Shown: in pieces, positions 25,401 through 37,051 of the stretch
How the letters are laid out: each line of letters starts with the position of its first letter
How positions within the stretch are numbered: the first letter of the stretch is position 1
Assembly: GCF_964355755.1 (NCBI RefSeq)
Contig: NC_092670.1
Coordinates: forward strand, 31,484,388-31,548,387
Origin: Antedon mediterranea
Lineage: Eukaryota; Animalia; Echinodermata
DNA: 64,000 nt
Reading direction: 5' to 3'
The notes under the pieces: generated by a model
Told to the model about the DNA's origin: nothing
The model's input: the letters and a program-made list of their open reading frames with translations, nothing else
Database searches by the model: none
Translations under genes and position numbers: made by a program

Positions 25401-25602
25401 ATTTGAAAACTTTCAAGAATTATCCCAAAATTCAAACTTAGATTTCAAGAAGTCGATCTCAAATCTCACGTGTCCAGCTACAAACCTCTTCTGATCCTCG
25501 TGAATTTCAAAGGCAAAATCGTTCAAGATCAAAGTCTTGCTATTGATGGAAATGTTATCAGCTTTATTGTTATTTTTAAAGTTCATCTTTTTTGTCTATC
25601 GT

Positions 25603-26097
25603 GTCGTTTTTTGTAACAACTGTCGTTTTTTGTATACATGTCGTTTTTTGTATACCTGTCGTATTTTGTAACACCTGTCGTATTGTGCATGCACCTGTCG
25701 TATTTCGTAACACTTGTCGTATTGTGTAACACTTGTCGTATTTTGTAACACTTGTCGTATTTTGTAACACTTGTCGTATTCTGTAACACTTGTCATATTT
25801 TGAAACACTTGTCGTATTTTGAAACACTTGTCGTATTTGTTAACACTTGTCGTATTTTGTAACACCTGTCGTATTTTGTAACACCTGTCGTATTTTTGAA
25901 CACCTGTCGTCGTATTTTTGAACACTTGTCGTATTTTGTAACACTTGTCGTATTTTGTAACACCTGTCGTATTTTGTAACACCTGTCGTATTTTGTAACA
26001 CTTGTTGTATTTTTTAACACATGTCGTCGTATTTTGTAACAGCTGTCGTATTTTGTAACACCTATCGTATTTTGGAACACCTGTCGTATTTTGGAAC
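25603..26097. repeat. 19-bp minisatellite (ACYTGTCGTATTTTGTAAC)n downstream of a lectin unit
   Basis: Direct tandem repeat; the 19-bp period explains the KYDRCYKIRQVLQNTT ORFs in all three minus frames. Confidence 0.95.
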
Positions 26098-26764
26098 ATT
26101 TTTTTGTTCTGTTAACTTTCTGTCTTTCTTTCTGTATTTTTCTGTTTTTCATTTTTCTCTGTTTCCTTTTTTTTCTTTGTTTTTTTTTTTTTCAATTTTT
26201 TACTCATTAATTTATTTACGGTTTAATTCATTTATTTTAAGGAAGAATATATTATCAATAATGTTTCAGTATCTACAATACCTACACACTAAAATAAACA
26301 CACAACTTTATTGCTATTTAAATAACGTGTATTTTATTTGGAAATAGTATTAAAACAAAAAAATATCCAAAACAATGATTGTTTCAAAAAATATTTGTTT
26401 GATTAATCATAACATCTTTATACTCTTGTATTACTTCGTGTTCAAGGTCAAACTGGGCGACGCCATTTCACAGGAGCATGGAAGTCAATTACTCTACCCC
26501 CCTAGAGTATTAGCAGATCCCCTCTATGATTTTGACTTTCTAATTTGATGCGGGCGCCCTACTCCTCAGTCAATTACTCTATCCCCCCCTAGAGTATTAG
26601 CAGATCCCCTCTATGATTTTGACTTTCTAATTTGATGCGGGCGCCCTACTCCATGGCTCACAATGGCGCTCTATTCTATCCCACAATGCCTTTCGAAATT
26701 GTTACGTGCTTCGGACGAACAGGAGATTCTTGTGTTATAAGTTCTTTGATGTAGTTTAAAACAT

Positions 26765-27658
26765 TCCCAGTTTCGGTAATGGTGATAGGCCTACATCCCC
26801 ACCCCAAAATCCCAGCTGTTTCCCAGTTATAATAAAATACTGTAACATTCTCCATCCACAATTCTGGTCAATTTGATAGCCTACTATTCCTAGTCTAAGC
26901 AAAATCCCCACTATCCCCTAAACCCAACACACTACTCCTAGCCTAAGCAAAATCCCCACTATCCCCCTGAACAATAGGCGTTTTTTTCTTGGAGGCATGG
27001 TGATGTAGTTGAACACAATAACAGTAAAGAACGTGTATATGTTTACACAGTAATGGATGTCTGTAATGAGACAATCCAAGAGACCGATACATAGCTGGAT
27101 ATGGGTAAAGTACTTTGATAAATGTGTAAATGAATAGGTGTCATATTGGTTAATGAATAAAATATGTATATCTATATCTATAATTATTTCCCCAAACGCT
27201 TTGCTGAGGATAATTCAAATACTGTAAAACTTTTGTAGTATAATTTTACAATTCGATAGCCTACAATCCCGAGCCCTAGAAAAAATGACATCACAAACCA
27301 CCACACCCGCCCCCCTCCCACAAAAACCCCAGGAGTCGGGGGAATTTTTAAAATGTAGTTTAAAACCTTCCGGGTACAATTGCCATCATTTTGATACCCC
27401 ATATGTATGGTTACGTGCACAAACAGAAATATGTATAACGAACAAACATCGAAAGTGGGGGTTTTGACCACATTTTGGTCCCTAACTTGGATCCTAGGTG
27501 GCAGATGATGTTGAAATATAGCTTAGAACATTGCCGGTACAATTGCGGTCATTTTGATACCCCATATGTAAGATTACGTGCAGTAACAAAAATTTGTATA
27601 ACGAACAAACAAACACACAGACAGACAGACGTACAAACTCTCTCACTTATAATATAGA
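26765..27658 (-). mobile_element. Helitron-like insertion into a lectin exon (5' end defined, 3' end not found)
   Basis: Lectin exon sequence stops at GTTGTCA|TCTATATTATAAGTGAGAGAG, followed by (GTCT)n/(GTTT)n and an internal ~180-bp repeat. The A|TC junction fits a Helitron 5' end; the left limit is approximate. Confidence 0.65.
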
Positions 27659-28360
27659 TGACAACAAGATCTGCGTTGAGAGTGCCTTGCAATTAGATTG
27701 AGCTTGCTCCCAAGTCAATGATTTGGCAAAGTATTTATAACACTTTGAACCATATTGACGCCAACCATAACCGCAACCTAAAATACACATTATAAAAGTG
27801 AGCATTTATTCATTAATCTACAATGTTTAGGTGAATACATAGGCAGATTCACCTAATATTGAGCCATTGAACAGCTGAGCTCAACCACTCTGACAATTCT
27901 AGATTTCATACTAATTGTTAAATGCCATGTAATGATGGTACATTTGTTTTGTTAATTTCATTCATTCGAAAGAAAAATGCCTTTGGATTCTTTTGTGTTT
28001 TTATTTTGATTTTTATCCTTTTTTATCATCATTTATGTTTAATATCGATGATGACTTTTTTCCAGCTGTCCTTACTGAAGATGTTAGTAATAGCGCAAGA
28101 TGGTTTACTCAACTAACGTTTTATAGGCCTATGTTTTTAAATGGTTTTTTGATAGACCCATGAACTATAGATACAGTAGTAGGCCTACTTACAAAAACGA
28201 AGAAATAGAAACGTAACGGTACAATAACAAGGTAAAGATTAAGTACAACCCAGATTCAAATACATGTCTACAATAATATTAAAAACTTACTACCTCCTCC
28301 TTCAACCAGAGTTGCACCGAACGTTAGGCAGGCCAGCACCAAAAAAATGAATCGCGCCAT
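27659..28360 (-). pseudogene. C-type lectin pseudogene (signal exon 28360-28291 + truncated exon 27777-27659)
   Basis: MARFIFLVLACLTFGATLVEGGG|SCGYGWRQYGSKCYKYFAKSLTWEQAQSNCKAL, then a 2-bp insertion (CTCTCAAC vs CTCAAC) and the Helitron junction; the rest of the CTLD is absent. Confidence 0.88.
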
Positions 28361-29003
28361 TTTGTAGATATGATATTGTAATTCTGCAGCAAGGAAGAAG
28401 TGTTGACAATAAGGCGTGTATTCGCTTATATAGACCTAAGTACAAAGAAGGTTGGGCCTATTTTACCCAATGAATAATTGATTCATACATAGCTAAAACA
28501 ACTTGTAATACAAGAACCAACAGGGAAAAAGCACGTGTCAACACCTTTTTTAAAAAGGGAAAGACAGCGGAAAAGAGATATTGAGGCACTCCCTCAGTTG
28601 GGTAGGTCTACGGTAAAGACAATTCACCGTGTATTGCTATTATTCTACATCCTATTAGTATTAACCATTTTAATTTCCTTTTATTAATATGTAGTTGAAA
28701 TTTGATTTTGAAATGAATGAGGTAATAAAAAAAGAGAAAGAAAATTTACTGAGCACAAATTAGACCAATTAAAAATATTGTTTGGTAAAAATAAAATATT
28801 GTTTGGTAAAACTTTCAAGAATTATCCCGAAATTCAAACTTAGATTTCAAGAAGTCGATCTCAAATCTCACGTGTCCAGCTACAAACCTCTTCTGATCTT
28901 CGTGAATTTCAAAGGCAAAATCGTTCAAGATCAAAGTCTTGCTATTGATGGAAAAGTTATCAGCTTTATTGTTATTTTTAAAGTTCATCTTTTTTGTCTA
29001 TCG

Positions 29004-29430
29004 TGTCGTATTGTGCAACACCTGTCGTATTTCGTAACACTTGCCGTATTTTGTAACACTTGTCGTATTTTGTAACACCTGTCGTATTTTGTAACACCTG
29101 TCGTATGTTGTAACACCTGTCGTATTGTGTAACACCTGTCGTATTTTGTAACACCTGTCGTATTGTGTAACACCTGTCGTATTTTGTAACACCTATCGTA
29201 TTTCGTAACACCTATCGTATTTTGTAACACCTGTCGTATTTTGTAACACTTGTCGTATTTTGTAACACCTTTCGTATTTTGTATACCTGTCGTATTTCGT
29301 AACACCTGTCGTATTTCGTAACACATATCGTATTTCATAACACCTGTCCTATTTTGTAACACTTGTCGTATTTTGGAACACTTGTCGTATTTTGGAACAC
29401 ATGTCGTATTTTGAAACACCTTTCGTATTT
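29004..29430. repeat. 19-bp minisatellite
   Basis: Same unit as 25603-26097. Confidence 0.95.
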
Positions 29431-29893
29431 TGCCTATTGCCTTTTTTCTTTTGTTTTTCTCCTTGTCTCTCTGATTTTATCTGTCTTTCTTTCATTATGT
29501 TTTCTGTCTTTTCTCGTTCTGTATTTTTTGGGTTTGTTTCCTTTCTGTCTGCTTTTTCTTTTTTTTCTTTCTTTCTTTTTCTGTTTTTCATTTTTTCTGT
29601 TTTCTATTTTTTTGCTCATTATTTTATTTACGGTTTAATTCATTTATTTTAAGGAAGAATATATTATCAATAGTGTTTCAATCTCTACAATACCTACACA
29701 CTAAAATAAACACAAAACTTTATTGCTATCCAATTAACGTGTATTTTATTTGGAAATAGTATTAAAACAAAAAAATATCCAAAAACAATGATTTTTTCAA
29801 CAAATATTGGTTTGATTAATCATAACATCATTATACTCTTGTATTACTTCGTGTTCCTTCTTGTCACCAGTAAAAGAGCAATTACGGGTACGA

Positions 29894-31758
29894 CTCTGAA
29901 AATTAAAATACAAACGAATAAACTATAAGCTTCCGTACATGAATCTTGAGACCGAATTTAACCGAATTGACGATTTTAAGATGAGTTTTGTCGTATGATT
30001 TATGTTGCTGTTTCCAACAAGCCTACACGTGTGTAACATTTCCAGTTCGTTGGTTGATTGTGTATCACGTGATGAAGTACACTATTATATTCTCCTCATT
30101 GTAATTCATAAACTTTCGTTATTTGCATAACTGCATAATTGCATACAATTAAATCGATAACATAATAGGGAAGTAACAATATAACCTAAACGCGTGACAA
30201 CCTGATTAGAATAGACGTTCGTAATTAGAAAACTTTTTAGAGAAAAACATATTTTTTTAGATTTCATAACGGAACGAAAATAACCGAATTGAAAGAAACT
30301 TTTGAACAAATTGAAGAAATGAAAAGGTAGGAAACGAGTGATGGGATATTGTTCTATTTTTTAAAACTCTGTAAACTAAACTGATACAGTACTTACAATT
30401 TTGCCTTTTTTCACAGACATGACATAATCTTGTACTACATTCCCGATCAGTCCAGCATGAGCTGGATTTCAACATTTCAACACAATTTTGGTTACCACCA
30501 TAATTGTTTGGTTGACCACTTTGAAAATCTAAAAATAAATTTATAATCTATATAAATAATAATAATTGGACCGTATTCGTTAGTGTACATTGAAGAGTAT
30601 ACAAAGTATTAGCAATATGCAGGAAACGATTCCGGTATGAATATCGGTTAATTGATTGACTGATGTCTGAAATATTTGAGACGGCGCAATCAAATGAAAT
30701 AGGAACACTACAATATAATTATGGGAGATAATTTTATGAAAATCGTACCATCGTCTTCGTCTTAGACACCTCACAAAATTACCCACCACAGCCAGGGTAA
30801 TGTTGCTCTGCCCTCTCACTGCATAATGACACAGTAAATTACATTATAAACTCATTTTATAGCATAGCTTCCATCACTTTTTTAAAAATAATTCAGTCAA
30901 TGTACCAAATCACAAATTATATTTGTGTAATACAATCACAAAATAAGGAAATAGTACTTACACTCGTATGATGAACATGAATTAGGAACTCCGACCCAAC
31001 TAAAATAACTGTCTTTACTTAATTTTTTCATTCCAATCCACGCACTTTTTGCAACAATAAGTTTACGAACGAAACTGTTTTCTTGTTTATTATTGATGAC
31101 AACAAGATCTGAGTTGAGTGCATTGCAATGAGATTGAGCTTGTTCCCAAGTCAAAGATTTGGCAAAGTATTTATAACACTTTGAACCATATTGATGCCAA
31201 CCATAACCGCAACCTAAAATACAAACAATATAGAATTGAGCATTTATTCATTAATCTACAGTAGTTAGATGAATACATAGGCAGATTCACCCAATCCACT
31301 TCAGTTTGACAAACATAACTGTATGCCTATATTTTTACAAATATTGAGCCATTGAACAGCTTTAACCACACTGACAATTCATTTTCATACTAATTGTTAA
31401 AGTGCCATGCGAAGATGGTACATTTGTTAATTTCATCCATTCGAAAGAAAAATGCTTTTTGATTCTTTCGTGTTTTTATTTTGATATAGTTTAATATGGA
31501 TGATGACTTTTTTGCCAGCTGTCCTTACTGGAGATGTTTAATAGTAATACCGCAACATGGTTCACTTAACTAACGTTTTATAGGCCTATGTTTTTAAATG
31601 GATACTCCTGTGGAATATAAAGGTAGCGGTACAATAACAACTTAAACAACACAGATTTAAATACATGTCTACAATAATATTAAAAATTGACTACCTCCTT
31701 CAACCAGAGTTGCACCGAACGTTAGGCAGGCCAACACCAACAAAATGAATCGTGCCAT
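29894..31758 (-). CDS. Secreted single-domain C-type lectin (~150 aa); exons 31758-31692, 31213-30962, 30528-30397, stop completed at 29895-29894
   Basis: MARFILLVLACLTFGATLVEGGSCGYGWHQYGSKCYKYFAKSLTWEQAQSHCNALNSDLVVINNKQENSFVRKLIVAKSAWIGMKKLSKDSYFSWVGVPNSCSSYEYFQSGQPNNYGGNQNCVEMLKSSSCWTDRECSTRLCHVCEKRQN*. The first donor is weak (GTCAAT; an alternative phase-1 GT lies 3 nt upstream). The last exon is inferred from a TTTTAATTTTCAG acceptor and a downstream AATAAA. Confidence 0.85.
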
Positions 31759-31822
31759 GTTGTAGATATGATATTGTAATTCAGCAGCAAGGAAGAAGTG
31801 TTGACAATAAGGCGTGTATTCG

Positions 31823-31830
31823 TTTATATA
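31823..31830 (-). promoter_or_regulatory. TATA box of lectin gene (copies at 28425-28432, 43536-43543, 53096-53103)
   Basis: TATATAAA/TATATAAG ~65 nt upstream of each lectin ATG, in conserved context. Confidence 0.6.
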
Positions 31831-32895
31831 GACCTAAGTACAAAGAAGGTTGGGCCTATTTTACCCAATGAATACTTGATTCATATATTCGTAGATGATA
31901 GTAGCTAGTTACTGAAAGAACCATAAAGGAAAAACAGCATGTGTCAACATTTTTTTTGAAAGGGAAAGACAGCGGAAAAGAGATATTGAGGCACTCCCTC
32001 AGTTGGGTAGATCTACGGTAAAGGCAATTCATCGTGTATGATTATAAAAACAATTATACATATTCAGGGTAATTGGGTAAAACGTAAAATGGAGTAAAAT
32101 GTGTCTTCGCAGTGAAATTTAAACATACAGTATGTTATGAATTGCATTAAACAAGGTTGGACGGGGAGGCAAGCCATTAGCAATATAATAATGGTGAGGT
32201 AAATCTAATATTCAAAGGATAATGTTGCGTTGGTATTAGACAGATGCACATTGGCTAGGTTGGCAATAATAAAAGACGAAGTGAAATATATAGTTAAGGA
32301 GAAAAATTATGCAACAGATTTGCACGATTTTGTGTATTTTTAGGCCTAAATAGGCTTATGAAACGGCTTCTGCTGCCATTTTTATTAATGTATGTTTTTC
32401 AATACAAATTAAAAACGATTAAAATACCATCTTTTAAACAAATTTTAATTGGAAAAAATACATAAAACAGTAAAGAAGGAACATGCACGGAAAATATAAA
32501 CAAACATTGTTTAATATAGTATAATATAAACAATGATGATAACTTATAATAATATTAATCTTATTTCTGTAGATAATCCACAAGTATGATTGCATCATAA
32601 AAAAGAGAGGTATACGCCAAACGAGGAGGAAATGTTCGAACTACCAATTTCGCTGGAGAAAACTCATCGAAAAGTTGATTTCCATTAGTTACTTTTTTGG
32701 CGGGAATCGAACAATAAAAAAACTTTACACTACCCTTTTGTTTTTGTTAACAGTGAATAGTTGTGGTTTTTCGAACATGTGATTGCCATGCCAATCAAAA
32801 AGGAGCGATACTTTATTTCCTCAATTATTGTAACACTAAAGGTGGGCCTACGTAATAGAAAGAGGGTTCGGCAAATGAATATGCAAAACCAAACG

Positions 32896-33719
32896 TGTAT
32901 ACCCTAAATACCCTACTGTACACGAACATAAACCAAGTGTGTATACCCTAAATATCCTACTGTGTATACCCTAAATATCCTACTGTGTATACCCTAAATA
33001 TCCTACTGTGTATACCCTAAATATCCTACTGTGTATACCCTAAATATCCTACTGTGTATACCCTAAATATCCTACTGTGTATACCCTAAATATCCTACTG
33101 TGTATACCCTAAATATCCTACTGTGTATACCCTAAATATCCTACTGTGTATACCCTAAATATCCTACTGTGTATACCCTAAATACCCTACTGTGTATACC
33201 CTAAATATCCTACTGTGTATACCCTAAATATCCTACTGTGTATACCCTAAATATCCTGCTGTGTATACCCTAATATCCTACTGTGTATACCCTAAATACC
33301 CTACTGTGTATACCCTAAATATCCTACTGTGTATACCCTAAATATCCTACTGTGTATACCCTAAATATCCTGCTGTGTATACCCTAATATCCTACTGTGT
33401 ATACCCTAAATATCCTACTGTGTAGGCCTATACCCTAAATACCCTACTGTGTATACCCTAAATATCCTACTGTACACGAACATAAACCAAGTGTGTATAC
33501 CCTAAATATCCTACTGTGTATACCCTAAATATCCTACTGTGTATACCTTAAATACCCTACTGTGTATACCCTAAATATCCTACGTGTATACCCTAAATAT
33601 CCTACTGTGTATACCCTAAATATCCTACTGTGTATACCCTAAATATCCTACTGTGTATACCCTAAATATCCTACTGTGTATACCCTAAATACCCTACTGT
33701 GTATACCCTAAATATCCTA
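32896..33719. repeat. 23-bp minisatellite (TGTGTATACCCTAAATAYCCTAC)n, ~35 units
   Basis: Direct tandem repeat with occasional CACGAACATAAACCAAG interruptions. Confidence 0.97.
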
Positions 33720-34290
33720 TGCCATTTCTGAACTTAAATTTGGTATCAAATTGTTGGAAATATAGATATTTAAATTCATTCTAATAGAAAATTTGGTTAA
33801 AAGATGACCAGAAATACTATTAATTACTACTGTAATGTTATTGTTTCAAACAAATAACATATCTCTACACAACTTATCCTTGGACAGTAATGTAATGTTA
33901 ATGTTATAACTTATGCTTTAAATTGTTTCATTATACGATTTAAAACAAATCCTTTACTGTTTGTAATTGTATTTTTGCTTATAATAATGCTAGAAAGTAT
34001 TTTTGACCCCCGAGGATGATCAAACATTTTGATAGAAACGTCGAGCCCAACAGAATTCTTTTCAGAATGCTAAAGTAACTTACCGAATTCATCCTAATAA
34101 ACGCCCCGGGAATTTATTGTTCAGAAGGGTTTTTTCGTTTTTTATTGGCATAATATGGTATGTATAATCAAATAAATACTACCTACAGCAGAAAAAAAAA
34201 ATACAGCACAATTATTATCAAAAAGTGATACAAAAATACTTGGTAAATTGTAGATTATGGTAGTCATTGAAATGTGTTGTGATACAATTA

Positions 34291-34397
34291 TTAGTCGCGT
34301 GCAACGCAACTCTACAGCTCACTATGTCGGTCGGTTGGTCGGTAAACACTAACTAAAATTTGAGCACGCGACTGCAGCCATGTATATGGCCTTGTTG
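34291..34397 (+). mobile_element. Minimal (~105 bp) HINE
   Basis: TTAGTCGCGTGCAACGCAACT..(GTCG)n..GCACGCGACTGCAGCCATGTATATGGCCTTGTT. Confidence 0.8.
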
Positions 34398-35054
34398 TGT
34401 ATATGCATGTGGCGGGGCGTTTAAATCGAAGGGAGGGGTGAGCGTTTATTTAAAATGTTTCTGTCTTTTAGAATAAAAGTGACACTGTCACAGGTTCCAT
34501 TTATCGAATCCTCTCCAGGTTCCAGTATAATAAAACAATGACACATCATTATCCTGAGACACTATATGAGACACGATTACACAATTTGTCATCTGTTTGT
34601 TTGTAACTACAATTTGTCAACAATCAACACTGTCTTTTGCATATATGCCAATACATAGTTTCAATATGTCCAGCTTTCCTGAAAACACCCTTGTGTACTG
34701 TAGTGTGTTGTAGTATGATTTTATAATGATTTTAAAATACACTTCTGATGCTTTTATTGTCAATGCATTTAGTACTTAAAAAATAAAAAAAAACCTAAGT
34801 TTCTAGTGGTATTGATAATAAATCTCCAGAAATATTGTTTTATTATGTACACTGGGAACAGACGTGTATAAATTATGTATAATTTGTCGGTGACATTCAA
34901 AAATATTATACAACAGTGTTATATACAGAATGATGACAATGAATTGGTCTAATATAGTTGTCTCCGATACCTTTTCAATATCATGATTGTAGTTGCACCC
35001 GGATGAGGAGGTTTAATCCAGTTATTCTTATTACAATATTAATTGTCTTGTACT

Positions 35055-35156
35055 TTTAGTCGTGTCGCGACTCTACAGCTCAATATGTCGGTCGGTTGGT
35101 CGGTCGGTAAACACTCACTTGAGCACGCGACTGCAGCCATCTATATGGCCTTGTTT
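35055..35156 (+). mobile_element. Minimal (~100 bp) HINE
   Basis: TTTTAGTCGTGTCGCGACT..(GTCG)n..GCACGCGACTGCAGCCATCTATATGGCCTTGTTTT. Confidence 0.8.
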
Positions 35157-35460
35157 TATATCTAGGACGGTGTATTTATTTGATATACCTATATTTTTAC
35201 CATATTACACCAAAAACAAACAAAAACGCCTCCACCGAATAAACATCCCTCCCCCTAAACACCCCTCTGAACAATAAATGTCCGGGGCGTTTATTAGGAT
35301 AAATACGGTAAGTTACTTCTAGCATTCTGAAAAGAACTGTTGAGTTCGACGTTTCTATCAATGCTTGATCGTCCTCGGGAGGGGTCAACAATATTTTCTA
35401 GCATTATTATAAGCAAAAGTACAATTACAAACAGTAAAGGATTTGTTGTAATTCCTATAA

Positions 35461-37051
35461 CTAGATGGCACGCTCGCTTCGCTCGCGTACCATCTAGGTC
35501 GTGCCCACAGATGGTTCTCGAATACACAGTATTTCCAGCGAGAAAAAAAATGGAGATTTCAAATGTACGTACCGCAGGACTATAATACATTGTCGTTTAC
35601 AGAAACGAATAAATATACACAATGATTTATGTAGTCAACCAAAATTAGCACCCTGGGAATTACTTCCGAGAGAGAAACAAAATGAGTCAAATTTTTTTAT
35701 TTGGACTCATTTAAACAAACCCAATTTGTGTTTTGTATGTAACATTAAGGGTTGAGGGATGGGGGAAGAAGATAGGTACAAAGAGGAAACATTTTAAAAT
35801 ATATTCTTATCCACTCAGTAACGAAATATTGTTTTTAATGTTTTATAGGCCTATAAATAATATACCACTAAATACAGTAAAACATTTACGATTTAATACG
35901 GTACTTTGTTAAAACTCTCACTGTCATAGTCGATTGAAATAGTAAAGTACATGTAACGATACACCACTACGACGTTTATATATTTTTAAATTATTAATTA
36001 ATACAAACGTTGAGAAGCAACTGTCAGTAATAACGTTTATTTATTTGTATATTATATGTTTATAATCTAACAGTAGGGCCTACCCACACTCACAGTAATA
36101 AAGTTTATTTGTATATATTTTTATATTACATCTAACAGTACCAACACTCACAGTAAGAAATTTGCGATTCAAATTGCGATCAAAAGTGGTTAATACCTTA
36201 ACAGTATTGTACAGCATTGCAATACTATTTATGTTTATTCTCCAAGGGGGCCCATAAATCTAAATCTATACCTCTATGGTTAAACCAAATAATTTGGAAT
36301 GTTTATTTGTATATTATATGTTTATAATCTAACAGTAGGGCCTACCCACACTCACAGTAATAAAGTTTATTTGTATATATTTTTATATTACATCTAACAG
36401 TACCAACACTCACAGTAAGAAATTTGCGATTCAAATTGCGATCAAAAGTGGTTTTAACCATTAAAATACCTTAACAGTATTGTACAGCCAGGGAACTCCC
36501 TGGTACAGCATTGCAATACTATTTATGTTTATTCTCCAAGGGGGCCCATAAATCTAAATCTATACCTGTATGGTTAAACCAAATAATTTGAAATGTTCCA
36601 TTCATCACAAATCAATACATTTGTAAAAACGTATATTAAATGTATCAAAATAGTATTTTTTAAAGAAAATCGGCCTGTCTTCAACATTATGATGCTGTAC
36701 TCGAACTGTTCAACCGGTTTTCAGCTATTAAAAACAATTATCGTAGGAGGAGATAGGAAAATGCGAAGCCTCCTCGCATTTTTGTGGCGGGTATTTTTCA
36801 AGATGGACATCCATTAGACAGTGTATACCACGATCGGAAAACACCCCTATTTGGGGCAAATCGTTGAACCTAAATTCGTTTTAATCGTCAATAACTAATT
36901 ATCTAACTTAATTTAATTAGTAAACAGGGTTACATCAGGTGTTTAAAATCAGTACCGAAAGTACGAACCAACTTTACATACCATCGAGTAAAAATTCTAA
37001 AAGTAAGGCGCGATTTACCGAATTTTGCCCTTACGTAAATTTATATATAGA
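35461..37051 (-). mobile_element. Non-autonomous Helitron, copy 2
   Basis: Same A|TC 5' end and hairpin-CTAG|T 3' end as 19514-22064; paralogous empty site at ~33930. Confidence 0.92.

Noticed and set aside
25576-26152. KYDRCYKIRQVLQNTT repeat proteins
   Set aside because: Products of a 19-bp minisatellite read in all three frames.
32896-33719. Interstitial telomere (CCCTAAA)
   Set aside because: The heptamer is only part of a 23-bp unit and is never tandem; it is not an array of the metazoan TTAGGG repeat.
34081-35310. A single pogo-like MITE bounded by TACCG...AAACGCCCC TIRs
   Set aside because: Inverted homology extends hundreds of bases beyond these ends, so it is better explained as part of a larger inverted duplication; a long-TIR element is not excluded.
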